A stretch of 64,000 nt of DNA. Origin: Auanema rhodensis. Its lineage: Eukaryota > Animalia > Nematoda. Below are positions 1-9,965 of this stretch, piece by piece. A model generated the notes under the pieces. It did no database searches. It was not told the origin of the DNA and saw only the letters and a list, made by a program, of their open reading frames with translations. The DNA lies in contig OZ059895.1 of assembly GCA_964057225.1 (NCBI GenBank), positions 1,550,001-1,614,000 of the forward strand. The letters run 5' to 3'. Each line of letters begins with the position of its first letter. Position 1 is the first letter of the stretch. Made by a program: the position numbers and the translations under genes.

Positions 1-3000
1 ATTTTCTCGTTGAATAACATTGTCCATCGTCTTTGCCTTGAAAAAAAGAATCTAAAAACATCTACTTTTTGCTAAATTATTTTGAATTTTTTCGAAAAAA
101 TTTTTGTCAAAATGTTTTTGGAAGCAATGTTGAGTGTACATGGAAACTCAACATACACTAATGCATCATTTTTCAAACGATCATAACTAATTTTTGTATT
201 AAGCGTTTTTCAATGTAGTATAGTGCATTCGATGCCGATTTTTAAGCTGCGTCGATCTGTGTTATCAGATTTGCGCTAGCTTAAAAATGCACCGAGATAT
301 CAACTGATATAAGTTCACACTTATATCCTCGATTTTCACCCTGAAGAATTAAATTTCTCGTTGAATAACATTGTCCATCGTCTTTGCCTTGAAAAAAAGA
401 ATCTAAAAACATCTACTTTTTGCTAAATTATTTTGAATTTTTTCGAAAAAATTTTTGTCAAAATGTTTTTGGAAGCAATGTTGAGTGTACATGGAAACTC
501 AACATACACTAATGCATCATTTTTCAAACGATCATAACTAATTTTTGTATTAAGCGTTTTTCAATGTAGTATAGTGCATTCGATGCCGATTTTTAAGCTG
601 CGTCGATCTGTGTTATCAGATTTGCGCTAGCTTAAAAATGCACCGAGATATCAACTGATATAAGTTCACACTTATATCCTCGATTTTCACCTTGAAGAAT
701 TAATTTTTTCGTTGAATAACATTGTCTATCGTCTTTGCTTTGAAAAATGGAATCTAAAAACATCTACTTTTTGCTAAATTATTTTGAAATTTTTCGAAAA
801 AATTTTTGTCAAAATGTTTTTGGAAGCAATGTTGAGTGTACATGGAAACTCAACATACACTAATGCATCATTTTTCAAACGATCATAACTAATTTTTATT
901 TTAAGCGTTTCTCAATGTAGTATAGTGCATTCGATGCGGATTTTTAAGCTGCGTCGATCTGTGTTATCAGATTTGCGCTAGCTTAAAAATGCACCGAGAT
1001 ATCAACTGATATAAGTTCACACTTATATCCTCGATTTTCATCCTGAAGAATTAATTTTTTCGTTGAATAACATTGTCCATCGTCTTTGCCTTGAAAAAAC
1101 GAATCTAACAACATCTACTTTTTGCTAAATTATTTTGAAATTTTTCGAAAAAATTTTTGTCAAAATGTTTTTGGAAGCAATGTTGAGTGTACATGGAAAC
1201 TCAACATACACTAATGCATCATTTTTCAAACGATCATAACTAATTTTTGTATTAAGCGTTTCTCAATGTAGTATAGTGCATTCGATGCGGATTTTTAAGC
1301 TGCGTCGATCTGTGTTATCAGATTTGCGCTAGCTTAAAAATGCACCGAGATATCAACTGATATAAGTTCACACTTATATCCTCGATTTTCACCCTGAAGA
1401 ATTAATTTTCTCGTTGAATAACATTGTCCATCGTCTTTGCCTTGAAAAAAAGAATCTAAAAACATCTACTTTTTGCTAAATTATTTTGAATTTTTTCGAA
1501 AAAATTTTTGTCAAAATGTTTTTGGAAGCAATGTTGAGTGTACATGGAAACTCAACATACACTAATGCATCATTTTTCAAACGATCATAACTAATTTTTG
1601 TATTAAGCGTTTTTCAATGTAGTATAGTGCATTCGATGCCGATTTTTAAGCTGCGTCGATCTGTGTTATCAGATTTGCGCTAGCTTAAAAATGCACCGAG
1701 ATATCAACTGATATAAGTTCACACTTATATCCTCGATTTTCACCCTGAAGAATTAATTTTTTCGTTGAATAACATTGTCTATCGTCTTTGCTTTGAAAAA
1801 TGGAATCTAAAAACATCTACTTTTTGCTAAATTATTTTGAAATTTTTCGAAAAAATTTTTGTCAAAATGTTTTTGGAAGCAATGTTGAGTGTACATGGAA
1901 ACTCAACATACACTAATGCATCATTTTTCAAACGATCATAACTAATTTTTGTTTTAAGCGTTTCTCAATGTAGTATAGTGCATTCGATGCGGATTTTTAA
2001 GCTGCGTCGATCTGTGTTATCAGATTTGCGCTAGCTTAAAAATGCACCGAGATATCAACTGATATAAGTTCACACTTATATCCTCGATTTTCATCCTGAA
2101 GAATTAATTTTTTCGTTGAATAACATTGTCCATCGTCTTTGCCTTGAAAAAACGAATCTAACAACATCTACTTTTTGCTAAATTATTTTGAAATTTTTCG
2201 AAAAATTTTTTGTCAAAATGTTTTTGGAAGCAATGTTGAGTGTACATGGAAACTCAACTTACACTAATGCATCATTTTTCAAACGATCATAACTAATTTT
2301 TGTATTAAGCGTTTCTCGATGTAGTATAGTGCATTCGATGCGGATTTTTAAGCTGCGTCGATCTGTGTTATCAGATTTGCGCTAGCTTAAAAATGCACCG
2401 AGATATCAACTGATATAAGTTCACACTTATATCCTCGATTTTCATCCTGAAGAATCAATTTTTTCGTTGAATAACATTGTCCATCGTCTTTGCCTTAAAA
2501 AAACGAATCTAACAACATCTACTTTTTGCTAAATTATTTTGAAATTTTTCGAAAAAATTTTTGTCAAAATGTTTTTGGAAGCAATGTTGAGTGTACATGG
2601 AAACTCAACATACACTAATGCATCATTTTTCAAACGATCATAACTAATTTTTGTATTAAGCGTTTCTCAATGTAGTATAGTGCATTCGATGCCGATTTTT
2701 AAGCTGCGTCGATCTGTGTTATCAGATTTGCGCTAGCTTAAAAATGCACCGAGATATCAACTGATATAAGTTCACACTTATATCCTCGATTTTCACCCTG
2801 AAGAATTAATTTTTTCGTTGAATAACATTGTCTATCGTCTTTGCCTTGAAAAATGGAATCTAAAAACATCTACTTTTTGCTAAATTATTTTGAAATTTTT
2901 CGAAAAAATTTTTGTCAAAATGTTTTTGGAAGCAATGTTGAGTGTACATGGAAACTCAACATACACTAATGCATCATTTTTCAAACGATCATAACTAATT

Positions 3001-6000
3001 TTTGTATTAAGCGTTTCTCAATGTAGTATAGTGCATTCGATGCCGATTTTTAAGCAGCGTCGATCTGTGTTATCAGATTTGCGCTAGCTTAAAAATGCAC
3101 CGAGATATCAACTGATATAAGTTCACACTTATATCCTCGATTTTCACCCTGAAGAATTAATTTTTTCGTTGAATAACATTGTCTATCGTCTTTGCCTTGA
3201 AAAATGGAATCTAAAAACATCTACTTTTTGCTAAATTATTTTGAAATTTTTCGAAAAAATTTTTGTCAAAATGTTTTTGGAAGCAATGTTGAGTGTACAT
3301 GGAAACTCAACATACACTAATGCATCATTTTTCAAACGATCATAACTAATTTTTGTATTAAGCGTTTCTCAATGTAGTATAGTGCATTCGATGCCGATTT
3401 TTAAGCTGCGTCGATCTGTGTTATCAGATTTGCGCTAGCTTAAAAATGCACCGAGATATCAACTGATATAAGTTCACACTTATATCCTCGATTTTCACCC
3501 TGAAGAATTAATTTTTTCGTTGAATAACATTGTCTATAGTCTTTGCCTTGAAAAATTGAATCTAAAAACATCTACTTTTTGCTAAATTATTTTGAAATTT
3601 TTCGAAAAAATTTTTGTCAAAATGTTTTTGGAAGCAATGTTGAGTGTACATGGAAACTCAACATACACTAATGCATCATTTTTCAAACGATCATAACTAA
3701 TTTTTGTATTAAGCGTTTCTCGATGTAGTATAGTGCATTCGATGCGGATTTTTAAGCTGCGTCGATCTGTGTTATCAGATTTGCGCTAGCTTAAAAATGC
3801 ACCGAGATATCAACTGATATAAGTTCACACTTATATCCTCGATTTTCACCCTGAAGAATTAATTTTCTCGTTGAATAACATTGTCCATCGTCTTTGCCTT
3901 GAAAAAAAGAATCTAAAAACATCTACTTTTTGCTAAATTATTTTGAATTTTTTCGAAAAAATTTTTGTCAAAATGTTTTTGGAAGCAATGTTGAGTGTAC
4001 ATGGAAACTCAACATACACTAATGCATCATTTTTCAAACGATCATAACTAATTTTTGTATTAAGCGTTTCTCGATGTAGTATAGTGCATTCGATGCGGAT
4101 TTTTAAGCTGCGTCGATCTGTGTTATCAGATTTGCGCTAGCTTAAAAATGCACCGAGATATCAACTGATATAAGTTCACACTTATATCCTCGATTTTCAC
4201 CCTGAAGAATTAATTTTCTCGTTGAATAACATTGTCCATCGTCTTTGCCTTGAAAAAAAGAATCTAAAAACATCTACTTTTTGCTAAATTATTTTGAATT
4301 TTTTCGAAAAAATTTTTGTCAAAATGTTTTTGGAAGCAATGTTGAGTGTACATGGAAACTCAACATACACTAATGCATCATTTTTCAAACGATCATAACT
4401 AATTTTTGTATTAAGCGTTTTTCAATGTAGTATAGTGCATTCGATGCCGATTTTTAAGCTGCGTCGATCTGTGTTATCAGATTTGCGCTAGCTTAAAAAT
4501 GCACCGAGATATCAACTGATATAAGTTCACACTTATATCCTCGATTTTCACCCTGAAGAATTAATTTTTTCGTTGAATAACATTGTCTATCGTCTTTGCT
4601 TTGAAAAATCGAATCTAAAAACATCTACTTTTTGCTAAATTATTTTGAAATTTTTCGAAAAAATTTTTGTCAAAATGTTTTTGGAAGCAATGTTGAGTGT
4701 ACATGGAAACTCAACATACACTAATGCATCATTTTTCAAACGATCATAACTAATTTTTGTATTAAGCGTTTCTCAATGTAGTATAGTGCATTCGATGCCG
4801 ATTTTTAAGCTGCGTCGATCTGTGTTATCAGATTTGCGCTAGCTTAAAAATGCACCGAGATATCAACTGATATAAGTTCACACTTATATCCTCGATTTTC
4901 ACCCTGAAGAATTAATTTTTTCGTTGAATAACATTGTCTATCGTCTTTGCTTTGAAAAATCGAATCTAAAAACATCTACTTTTTGCTAAATTATTTTGAA
5001 ATTTTTCGAAAAAATTTTTGTCAAAATGTTTTTGGAAGCAATGTTGAGTGTACATGGAAACTCAACATACACTAATGCATCATTTTTCAAACGATCATAA
5101 CTAATTTTTGTATTAAGCGTTTCTCAATGTAGTATAGTGCATTCGATGCCGATTTTTAAGCTGCGTCGATCTGTGTTATCAGATTTGCGCTAGCTTAAAA
5201 ATGCACCGAGATATCAACTGATATAAGTTCACACTTATATCCTCGATTTTCACCCTGAAGAATTAATTTTTTCGTTGAATAACATTGTCTATAGTCTTTG
5301 CCTTGAAAAATTGAATCTAAAAACATCTACTTTTTGCTAAATTATTTCGAAATTTTTCGAAAAAATTTTTGTCAAAATGTTTTTGGAAGCAATGTTGAGT
5401 GTACATGGAAACTCAACATACACTAATGCATCATTTTTCAAACGATCATAACTAATTTTTGTATTAAGCGTTTCTCGATGTAGTATAGTGCATTCGATGC
5501 GGATTTTTAAGCTGCGTCGATCTGTGTTATCAGATTTGCGCTAGCTTAAAAATGCACCGAGATATCAACTGATATAAGTTCACACTTATATCCTCGATTT
5601 TCACCCTGAAGAATTAATTTTCTCGTTGAATAACATTGTCCATCGTCTTTGCCTTGAAAAAAAGAATCTAAAAACATCTACTTTTTGCTAAATTATTTTG
5701 AATTTTTTCGAAAAAATTTTTGTCAAAATGTTTTTGGAAGCAATGTTGAGTGTACATGGAAACTCAACATACACTAATGCATCATTTTTCAAACGATCAT
5801 AACTAATTTTTGTATTAAGCGTTTTTCAATGTAGTATAGTGCATTCGATGCCGATTTTTAAGCTGCGTCGATCTGTGTTATCAGATTTGCGCTAGCTTAA
5901 AAATGCACCGAGATATCAACTGATATAAGTTCACACTTATATCCTCGATTTTCACCCTGAAGAATTAATTTTTTCGTTGAATAACATTGTCTATCGTCTT

Positions 6001-6031
6001 TGCTTTGAAAAATGGAATCTAAAAACATCTA
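1..6031. repeat. 351-bp tandem satellite array, left part (17 full monomers plus the interrupted 18th)
   Basis: Motif TTCGTTGAATAACATTGTC...CCCTGAAGAATTA recurs every 351 bp (monomer starts 1, 352, 703, 1054, 1405 ... 5617, 5968). Monomers differ by a few substitutions. Confidence 0.99.
6027..6031. repeat. Target-site duplication, left copy (ATCTA; alternatively 4-bp ATCT)
   Basis: The intact monomer reads AAAAAC-ATCTA-CTTTTTG. Here ATCTA occurs on both sides of the element. Confidence 0.9.
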
Positions 6032-6408
6032 ATCAAAGAACGAAAAATAAAAAGAAAAAGATTTATTTAAAAAAACAAAAAAAATACAAAAAAATTCAAG
6101 AGAAAATTCCAAACTGAAAAAAATATAAAAAAATTCCTTATCACAATAATTTTAGGACAAAAAACAACGAAATATTGTTTTAATCAGATTACGGTAGTTG
6201 ATTATCAACAGTTCACTGTTTACCAACAATCTCTAAATGGAGCGCGATTACTATGGATTGTTTTATCAATGGGTCATTTTATTCAAATTATTCATTTTAT
6301 TTAATTTTTTCATGAATAATTGTTATCTTAATATTTTATATAAATTATATTATATATTTATCTTTATTTATACTATTCATTTTAGTATCTATAGCCATAT
6401 TCTTGACA
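6032..6408 (-). repeat. 3' LTR (377 bp)
   Basis: No differences from 9966-10342 found by eye. Preceded on the minus strand by a purine-rich tract. Confidence 0.96.
6062..6067 (-). promoter_or_regulatory. Candidate polyadenylation signal AATAAA in the 3' LTR
   Basis: TTTATT on the plus strand ~30 nt from the LTR end, followed on the minus strand by a U-rich tract. The region is AT-rich, so a chance match is possible. Confidence 0.35.
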
Positions 6409-6421
6409 TCCCCGGCCTCTC
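6409..6421 (-). promoter_or_regulatory. Polypurine tract (plus-strand primer)
   Basis: Minus strand GAGAGGCCGGGGA directly abuts the TG start of the 3' LTR. Confidence 0.75.
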
Positions 6422-6553
6422 AAATTTCTCGTCCCGAGAAAAAATTCTTCTTATTACTATTTATTCAATAGTTTAACAGTTTCATTAAAAACAACACTAA
6501 AAATAAACATTTACAACATACATGAGAAAATTCAAATTTCAACAAGAAAATAG

Positions 6554-9535
6554 TTATGGTGCTGTTTTTTTAAACTGTTGTTGAGGCTTATGGGTTTTGT
6601 GCAAATTCGCAGAATTCTTCTTATAAGAGAATTTCTCATATGGCTTTATATTTGTCGCTGGCTTTTGTTTCCGCCTTTCAATTCTATTTAGCATAGATGC
6701 GACACCCACAGATAGCAATTTTTTTTGTAGCATTGCAAAAAAACTTTTTACATGCTCAAACAAAATACGATCAGAAGATTTCTGATATGGTAACGGCCCA
6801 CCGGCAAACCAGTAATTAGTAACAAGCGCAAGATCGTCTCCTCGACACCCTATGTACTGTTCTCTATAATCTATACAGAGTCTGATAGATTTGTCTTTTT
6901 TCTCTACTGAGACTACAGGGCTTGCCCATGCGCTTTGTCTAGGTTCTATAACCCCTCTTTGTAATTGGTCTTTTATAATACCTCTAAACTCATTTTTCAT
7001 ACCAAACGGCACTGGTCGTACTTTTTGACGAATAGGACTCGCATCTCCCGTATCAATATTCATAGTGACAATATTTGTTTGCTGCAGATCAGCATCAACC
7101 AACGCAAATATCGATGAATATTCTTCTAAAAGGTCCTTGACCTTTGGATCAAAGGTTACACCACTTTTCTCTTCTAAGACAGCAATGACTTTTTCTGCTC
7201 TTCCAACCGGATCTGTTGGTTTAGTGTATTGATCTAACATACGCATCTCTAACACATCAATTGATTCGGTTTTCAATTCGTCATTCAGTGCAGTCAGCTT
7301 TTCAGTCCAATTCTCGGACTCCCATTTACCGACAATTTCTTTTTTTATCGTGGTTGGCTGGCATGTTATGTTAGCCACAATCACTGTAGTGGAACTATTG
7401 GTGTCCACTTTACATATTCCCGTGGGTATATCACTCCTATGGGATACCAGTAAGCTATCTTTCTGCTCGTCACATGAGATTTGTAACGTTCTACTTTTAT
7501 TCGCAGGTATATAAACTCTCTGTAAGGCTATGGCCTCTTTTTTATAAAACTTCAAAGATATGCCCAAATCTTTCAGGGCATTCGTACCAATAAGTATAGA
7601 ATCATCTCTACTTTTTCTCACCAAAAAACATACTTGTGCAGTTTTTTTACTTTCTGCGCAATAAACTTCACAGCTTATTGCTCCAACAAAATTCATTCGC
7701 GTACCCGAGGCATTCGCTATGAACTTATCTCCATTCCAAGGAAGTTGAGTTACACTTCTATCTAAGTCAACCCCTTCATTCATCAAATTAACTAGAGCTT
7801 GTGACGACATCACTGATATTTGCGATCCCGTGTCAATAAGAACTTTTTCATTTCTTTTGCTGCAGATTAACATAGGTAGTAAACTCTGCTCACCAATCAA
7901 TTTTGCATCATAGCTGTTGTTGCATGTTTTGATAGTTTTGTTCCATGCAACAGCTTGCTCATTCATAACAGGACCCATATTGTTCTGTTCTTGTTCAATT
8001 CTTTCAGAATTGTCTGATGGTCGTTTTCTTTCCGCACAATGTGTTGCTATATGACCACTTCTGTTACATATGTAACAAATAACTTCTTTTCTCTGTGGAA
8101 AATTACGAACCTTTTCAGTTACGTAACTGTCACGATTGGTCATGTGTTGACCACTAGCAGTATTATTCTGCTTCAAAAATCTCAGCCTGGGCAGGTTTAC
8201 TTCAGGTATTCTGTCCTTTCTATGCTGATTGTAGTGAATGCGCTTATTTCTTTCACAACGTAAAGCGACCTCTTTCACCTTCTCATACACCTCCCCTTCT
8301 TCACTAGTCTCTATTGTCTCAAGTACTTGTAATGCACAAGTACATTCTCTGAGTACCTCATACAAGACTTGAGCTCTTGTGAACGATAACTTTGACATAG
8401 ACAATCCGGGGTAAGCCTTCCTAGAAGTTTCTTCTAGTTTCTTACAAAAGCTTATTAGATTGCTATTGTTGTCAAACTTCAAAGATTTAAGAGCAGCTAT
8501 GGCATCTAACCTACTTGCTCTCTTAGAATACTCATGTTGCTTACTCAGTTCCTCTATTATTTTGTCGAGCGAACTGTTTCTGATTATTTCAGGCAACTCA
8601 TCATACCTATCTCTCGCCTCTCCTCTTAATTTTTCTACAAACAGCGTTCTGCGGCCGCTTGCCGACAACGTGCTTTTTGGGTATTTCAGGTGAAACCCTT
8701 CTACAAAATGGTTCCATTTCTCGAACGACCCACTCGAAAAACTTGGAACATCAGGCAGCAATTGCGCTCGCATTATGTCCAAAAACGCTTCATTCTGCGC
8801 GCTGAGTCCATTAAAAGGCAAAGATGACTCACCCTTGGAGTCTAATTCCTCTTTTTTCTCCTGTTCCTGTTGAACATCCGTCAACCATTTCTGAGTTGTT
8901 CTCAACTCCTTCTGTCGATGCAACTGTAAAATATATTCAATTTCAGAATTTTCCTCTTCTATTTTACCTGCTGCTTTGTCATCAATCATCATATCCGCCA
9001 TAGCTAATTGCGCTTGGCTCTCGATAGCTGCTGATCTCTGCAAATTAAAACTATTAAATATTTCATGCTTCAAAGATTTTTTATCACATTTGAAAAAATC
9101 GCATAAATCTTTCATAGTACTATTAATGGCCCTCATCTCGTCCACTATCTCACTTTCATTGAGTTGGAAAATCTCACAAATGAATTTAGTTGTTTCCGCT
9201 CTTTTATCAGCTAATTTCAGAGTATTACCCAACTCTGAAGGCTTTTTGAGCCCACTCTTGTTCATTACTGTAATAATGGACTGGATAAATCTCCAATTTT
9301 GCCCTTTTCGCAATTCACTAGCTAAATTTTGCTTTATTGAGTTTATCAAATTAGCAACTTTCTGCTCTGCTCTCCTTTTCTCAGCAGAATTCCTGATTTT
9401 TTCCGTAAAATCTTTACGTAAACAATCATTCAACGGCTCAATAGCCGATAATATTTCAGAGATGAATGAATTTAACATTACCTCTTCAAATGCGCTCTCG
9501 AAGTCCATATCGAGCAATTCATTCACAAATGACAT
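6554..9535 (-). CDS. gag-pol: Gag-protease-truncated RT polyprotein (~993 aa from the first ATG at 9535; the ORF-track start at 9547 is a TTG)
   Basis: Helical N-terminus, capsid-like region (LLPDVPSFS...WNHFVEGF...LRGEAR), CCHC knuckle, LIDTGS protease and RT N-terminus ending RLCIDYR. No RT catalytic YxDD motif in RT context, RNase H or integrase. Confidence 0.93.
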   Translation of the reverse strand: MSFVNELLDMDFESAFEEVMLNSFISEILSAIEPLNDCLRKDFTEKIRNSAEKRRAEQKVANLINSIKQNLASELRKGQNWRFIQSIITVMNKSGLKKPSELGNTLKLADKRAETTKFICEIFQLNESEIVDEMRAINSTMKDLCDFFKCDKKSLKHEIFNSFNLQRSAAIESQAQLAMADMMIDDKAAGKIEEENSEIEYILQLHRQKELRTTQKWLTDVQQEQEKKEELDSKGESSLPFNGLSAQNEAFLDIMRAQLLPDVPSFSSGSFEKWNHFVEGFHLKYPKSTLSASGRRTLFVEKLRGEARDRYDELPEIIRNSSLDKIIEELSKQHEYSKRASRLDAIAALKSLKFDNNSNLISFCKKLEETSRKAYPGLSMSKLSFTRAQVLYEVLRECTCALQVLETIETSEEGEVYEKVKEVALRCERNKRIHYNQHRKDRIPEVNLPRLRFLKQNNTASGQHMTNRDSYVTEKVRNFPQRKEVICYICNRSGHIATHCAERKRPSDNSERIEQEQNNMGPVMNEQAVAWNKTIKTCNNSYDAKLIGEQSLLPMLICSKRNEKVLIDTGSQISVMSSQALVNLMNEGVDLDRSVTQLPWNGDKFIANASGTRMNFVGAISCEVYCAESKKTAQVCFLVRKSRDDSILIGTNALKDLGISLKFYKKEAIALQRVYIPANKSRTLQISCDEQKDSLLVSHRSDIPTGICKVDTNSSTTVIVANITCQPTTIKKEIVGKWESENWTEKLTALNDELKTESIDVLEMRMLDQYTKPTDPVGRAEKVIAVLEEKSGVTFDPKVKDLLEEYSSIFALVDADLQQTNIVTMNIDTGDASPIRQKVRPVPFGMKNEFRGIIKDQLQRGVIEPRQSAWASPVVSVEKKDKSIRLCIDYREQYIGCRGDDLALVTNYWFAGGPLPYQKSSDRILFEHVKSFFAMLQKKLLSVGVASMLNRIERRKQKPATNIKPYEKFSYKKNSANLHKTHKPQQQFKKTAP
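6863..7130 (-). pseudogene. N-terminal fragment of reverse transcriptase
   Basis: LLEEYSSIF...IDTGDASPIRQKVRPVP...QRGVIEP...SAWASPVVSVEKKDKSIRLCIDYR, after which similarity to RT stops. Confidence 0.9.
7560..7880 (-). other. Retropepsin-type aspartic protease domain (approximate limits)
   Basis: VLIDTGSQISV (DTGS at 7823-7834), flap ANASG and C-terminal ILIGTNAL motif. Confidence 0.92.
8036..8077 (-). other. Nucleocapsid zinc knuckle CX2CX4HX4C
   Basis: CYICNRSGHIATHC. Confidence 0.95.
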
Positions 9536-9949
9536 TTCACCTATCAATGAAAAAAATTACTAGAAATTCCTCTACTAATTTATTGCTATTTGAAAGAATC
9601 AAACAAGCACTTATATCAAGAAAATTGAATTTTACTTGATATTAGTTACTACTACCCAAGTTCTGAATGTAGTTCACAGCGGAAGAAATCAGAAAAAGTG
9701 TTTAAAAGAAAACACTTCAACCAAAAACAACCGTACAACAATAAACCAAGAGACACTGTTGTTACCAACACTGTCAAATGATAATTGTTCTGTAAACTTC
9801 ACTTTTATTCGGCAAATACCAAACAAAATTGAATGAATACAAACAGAACCCTATTCAGGTAGCAGTGACTTTTTCACCAAACTCTATTCGAGCTTTCAAA
9901 CAGGGTTATATGAGCAATTAGCTCAACCCAAACAATAAAATAGTGAAGA

Positions 9950-9964
9950 CCGGTTCGGCCCCCA
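9950..9964 (-). promoter_or_regulatory. Primer-binding site complementary to tRNA-Pro (nematode-type acceptor stem)
   Basis: Minus strand TGGGGGCCGAACCGG lies next to the 5' LTR. The plus strand CCGGTTCGGCCC-CCA matches the 3' end of Caenorhabditis-type tRNA-Pro as I recall it (vertebrate tRNA-Pro PBS is TGGGGGCTCGTCCGG). Confidence 0.88.
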
Positions 9965-9965
9965 A

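Noticed and set aside
220-295. Pol III A/B-box-like or tRNA-like motifs (ATTCGATGC, TAGCTTAA)
   Set aside because: Wrong order and spacing, no cloverleaf, and multiple T-runs would terminate Pol III.
1-351. Monomer as rDNA, 5S, SL RNA or snRNA repeat, or as a diverged ~175-bp dimer
   Set aside because: No SL1 leader or rRNA similarity recognised. AATTTTTG Sm-like strings are expected by chance, and the two halves show no convincing alignment by eye.
330-400. CTGAAGA in each monomer suggesting a hammerhead ribozyme or retrozyme satellite
   Set aside because: No helix II closing onto GAAA, and no strand complementary to the helix I sequence (TTCACC) at a suitable position. The minus strand gives only CTGATAA. 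An Infernal search would be definitive.
1-6031. CRISPR-like array
   Set aside because: Whole 351-bp units repeat with no unique spacers, there are no cas genes, and the context is eukaryotic.
6237-6476. Hydrophobic 79-aa and 65-aa ORFs in the LTRs (also 10171-10368)
   Set aside because: Low-complexity translation of AT-rich LTR sequence, antisense to the element and crossing LTR boundaries.
9536-9560. Possible splice or trans-splice acceptor just upstream of the gag ATG (minus strand TTTTTTTCATTGATAG|GTGAAATG)
   Set aside because: Poor match to the nematode TTTCAG consensus and unsupported without transcript data.
8976-9563. 195-aa plus-strand ORF (also 8039-8263, 8460-8693, 9636-9836)
   Set aside because: Antisense shadows of gag or the leader with no recognisable motifs.
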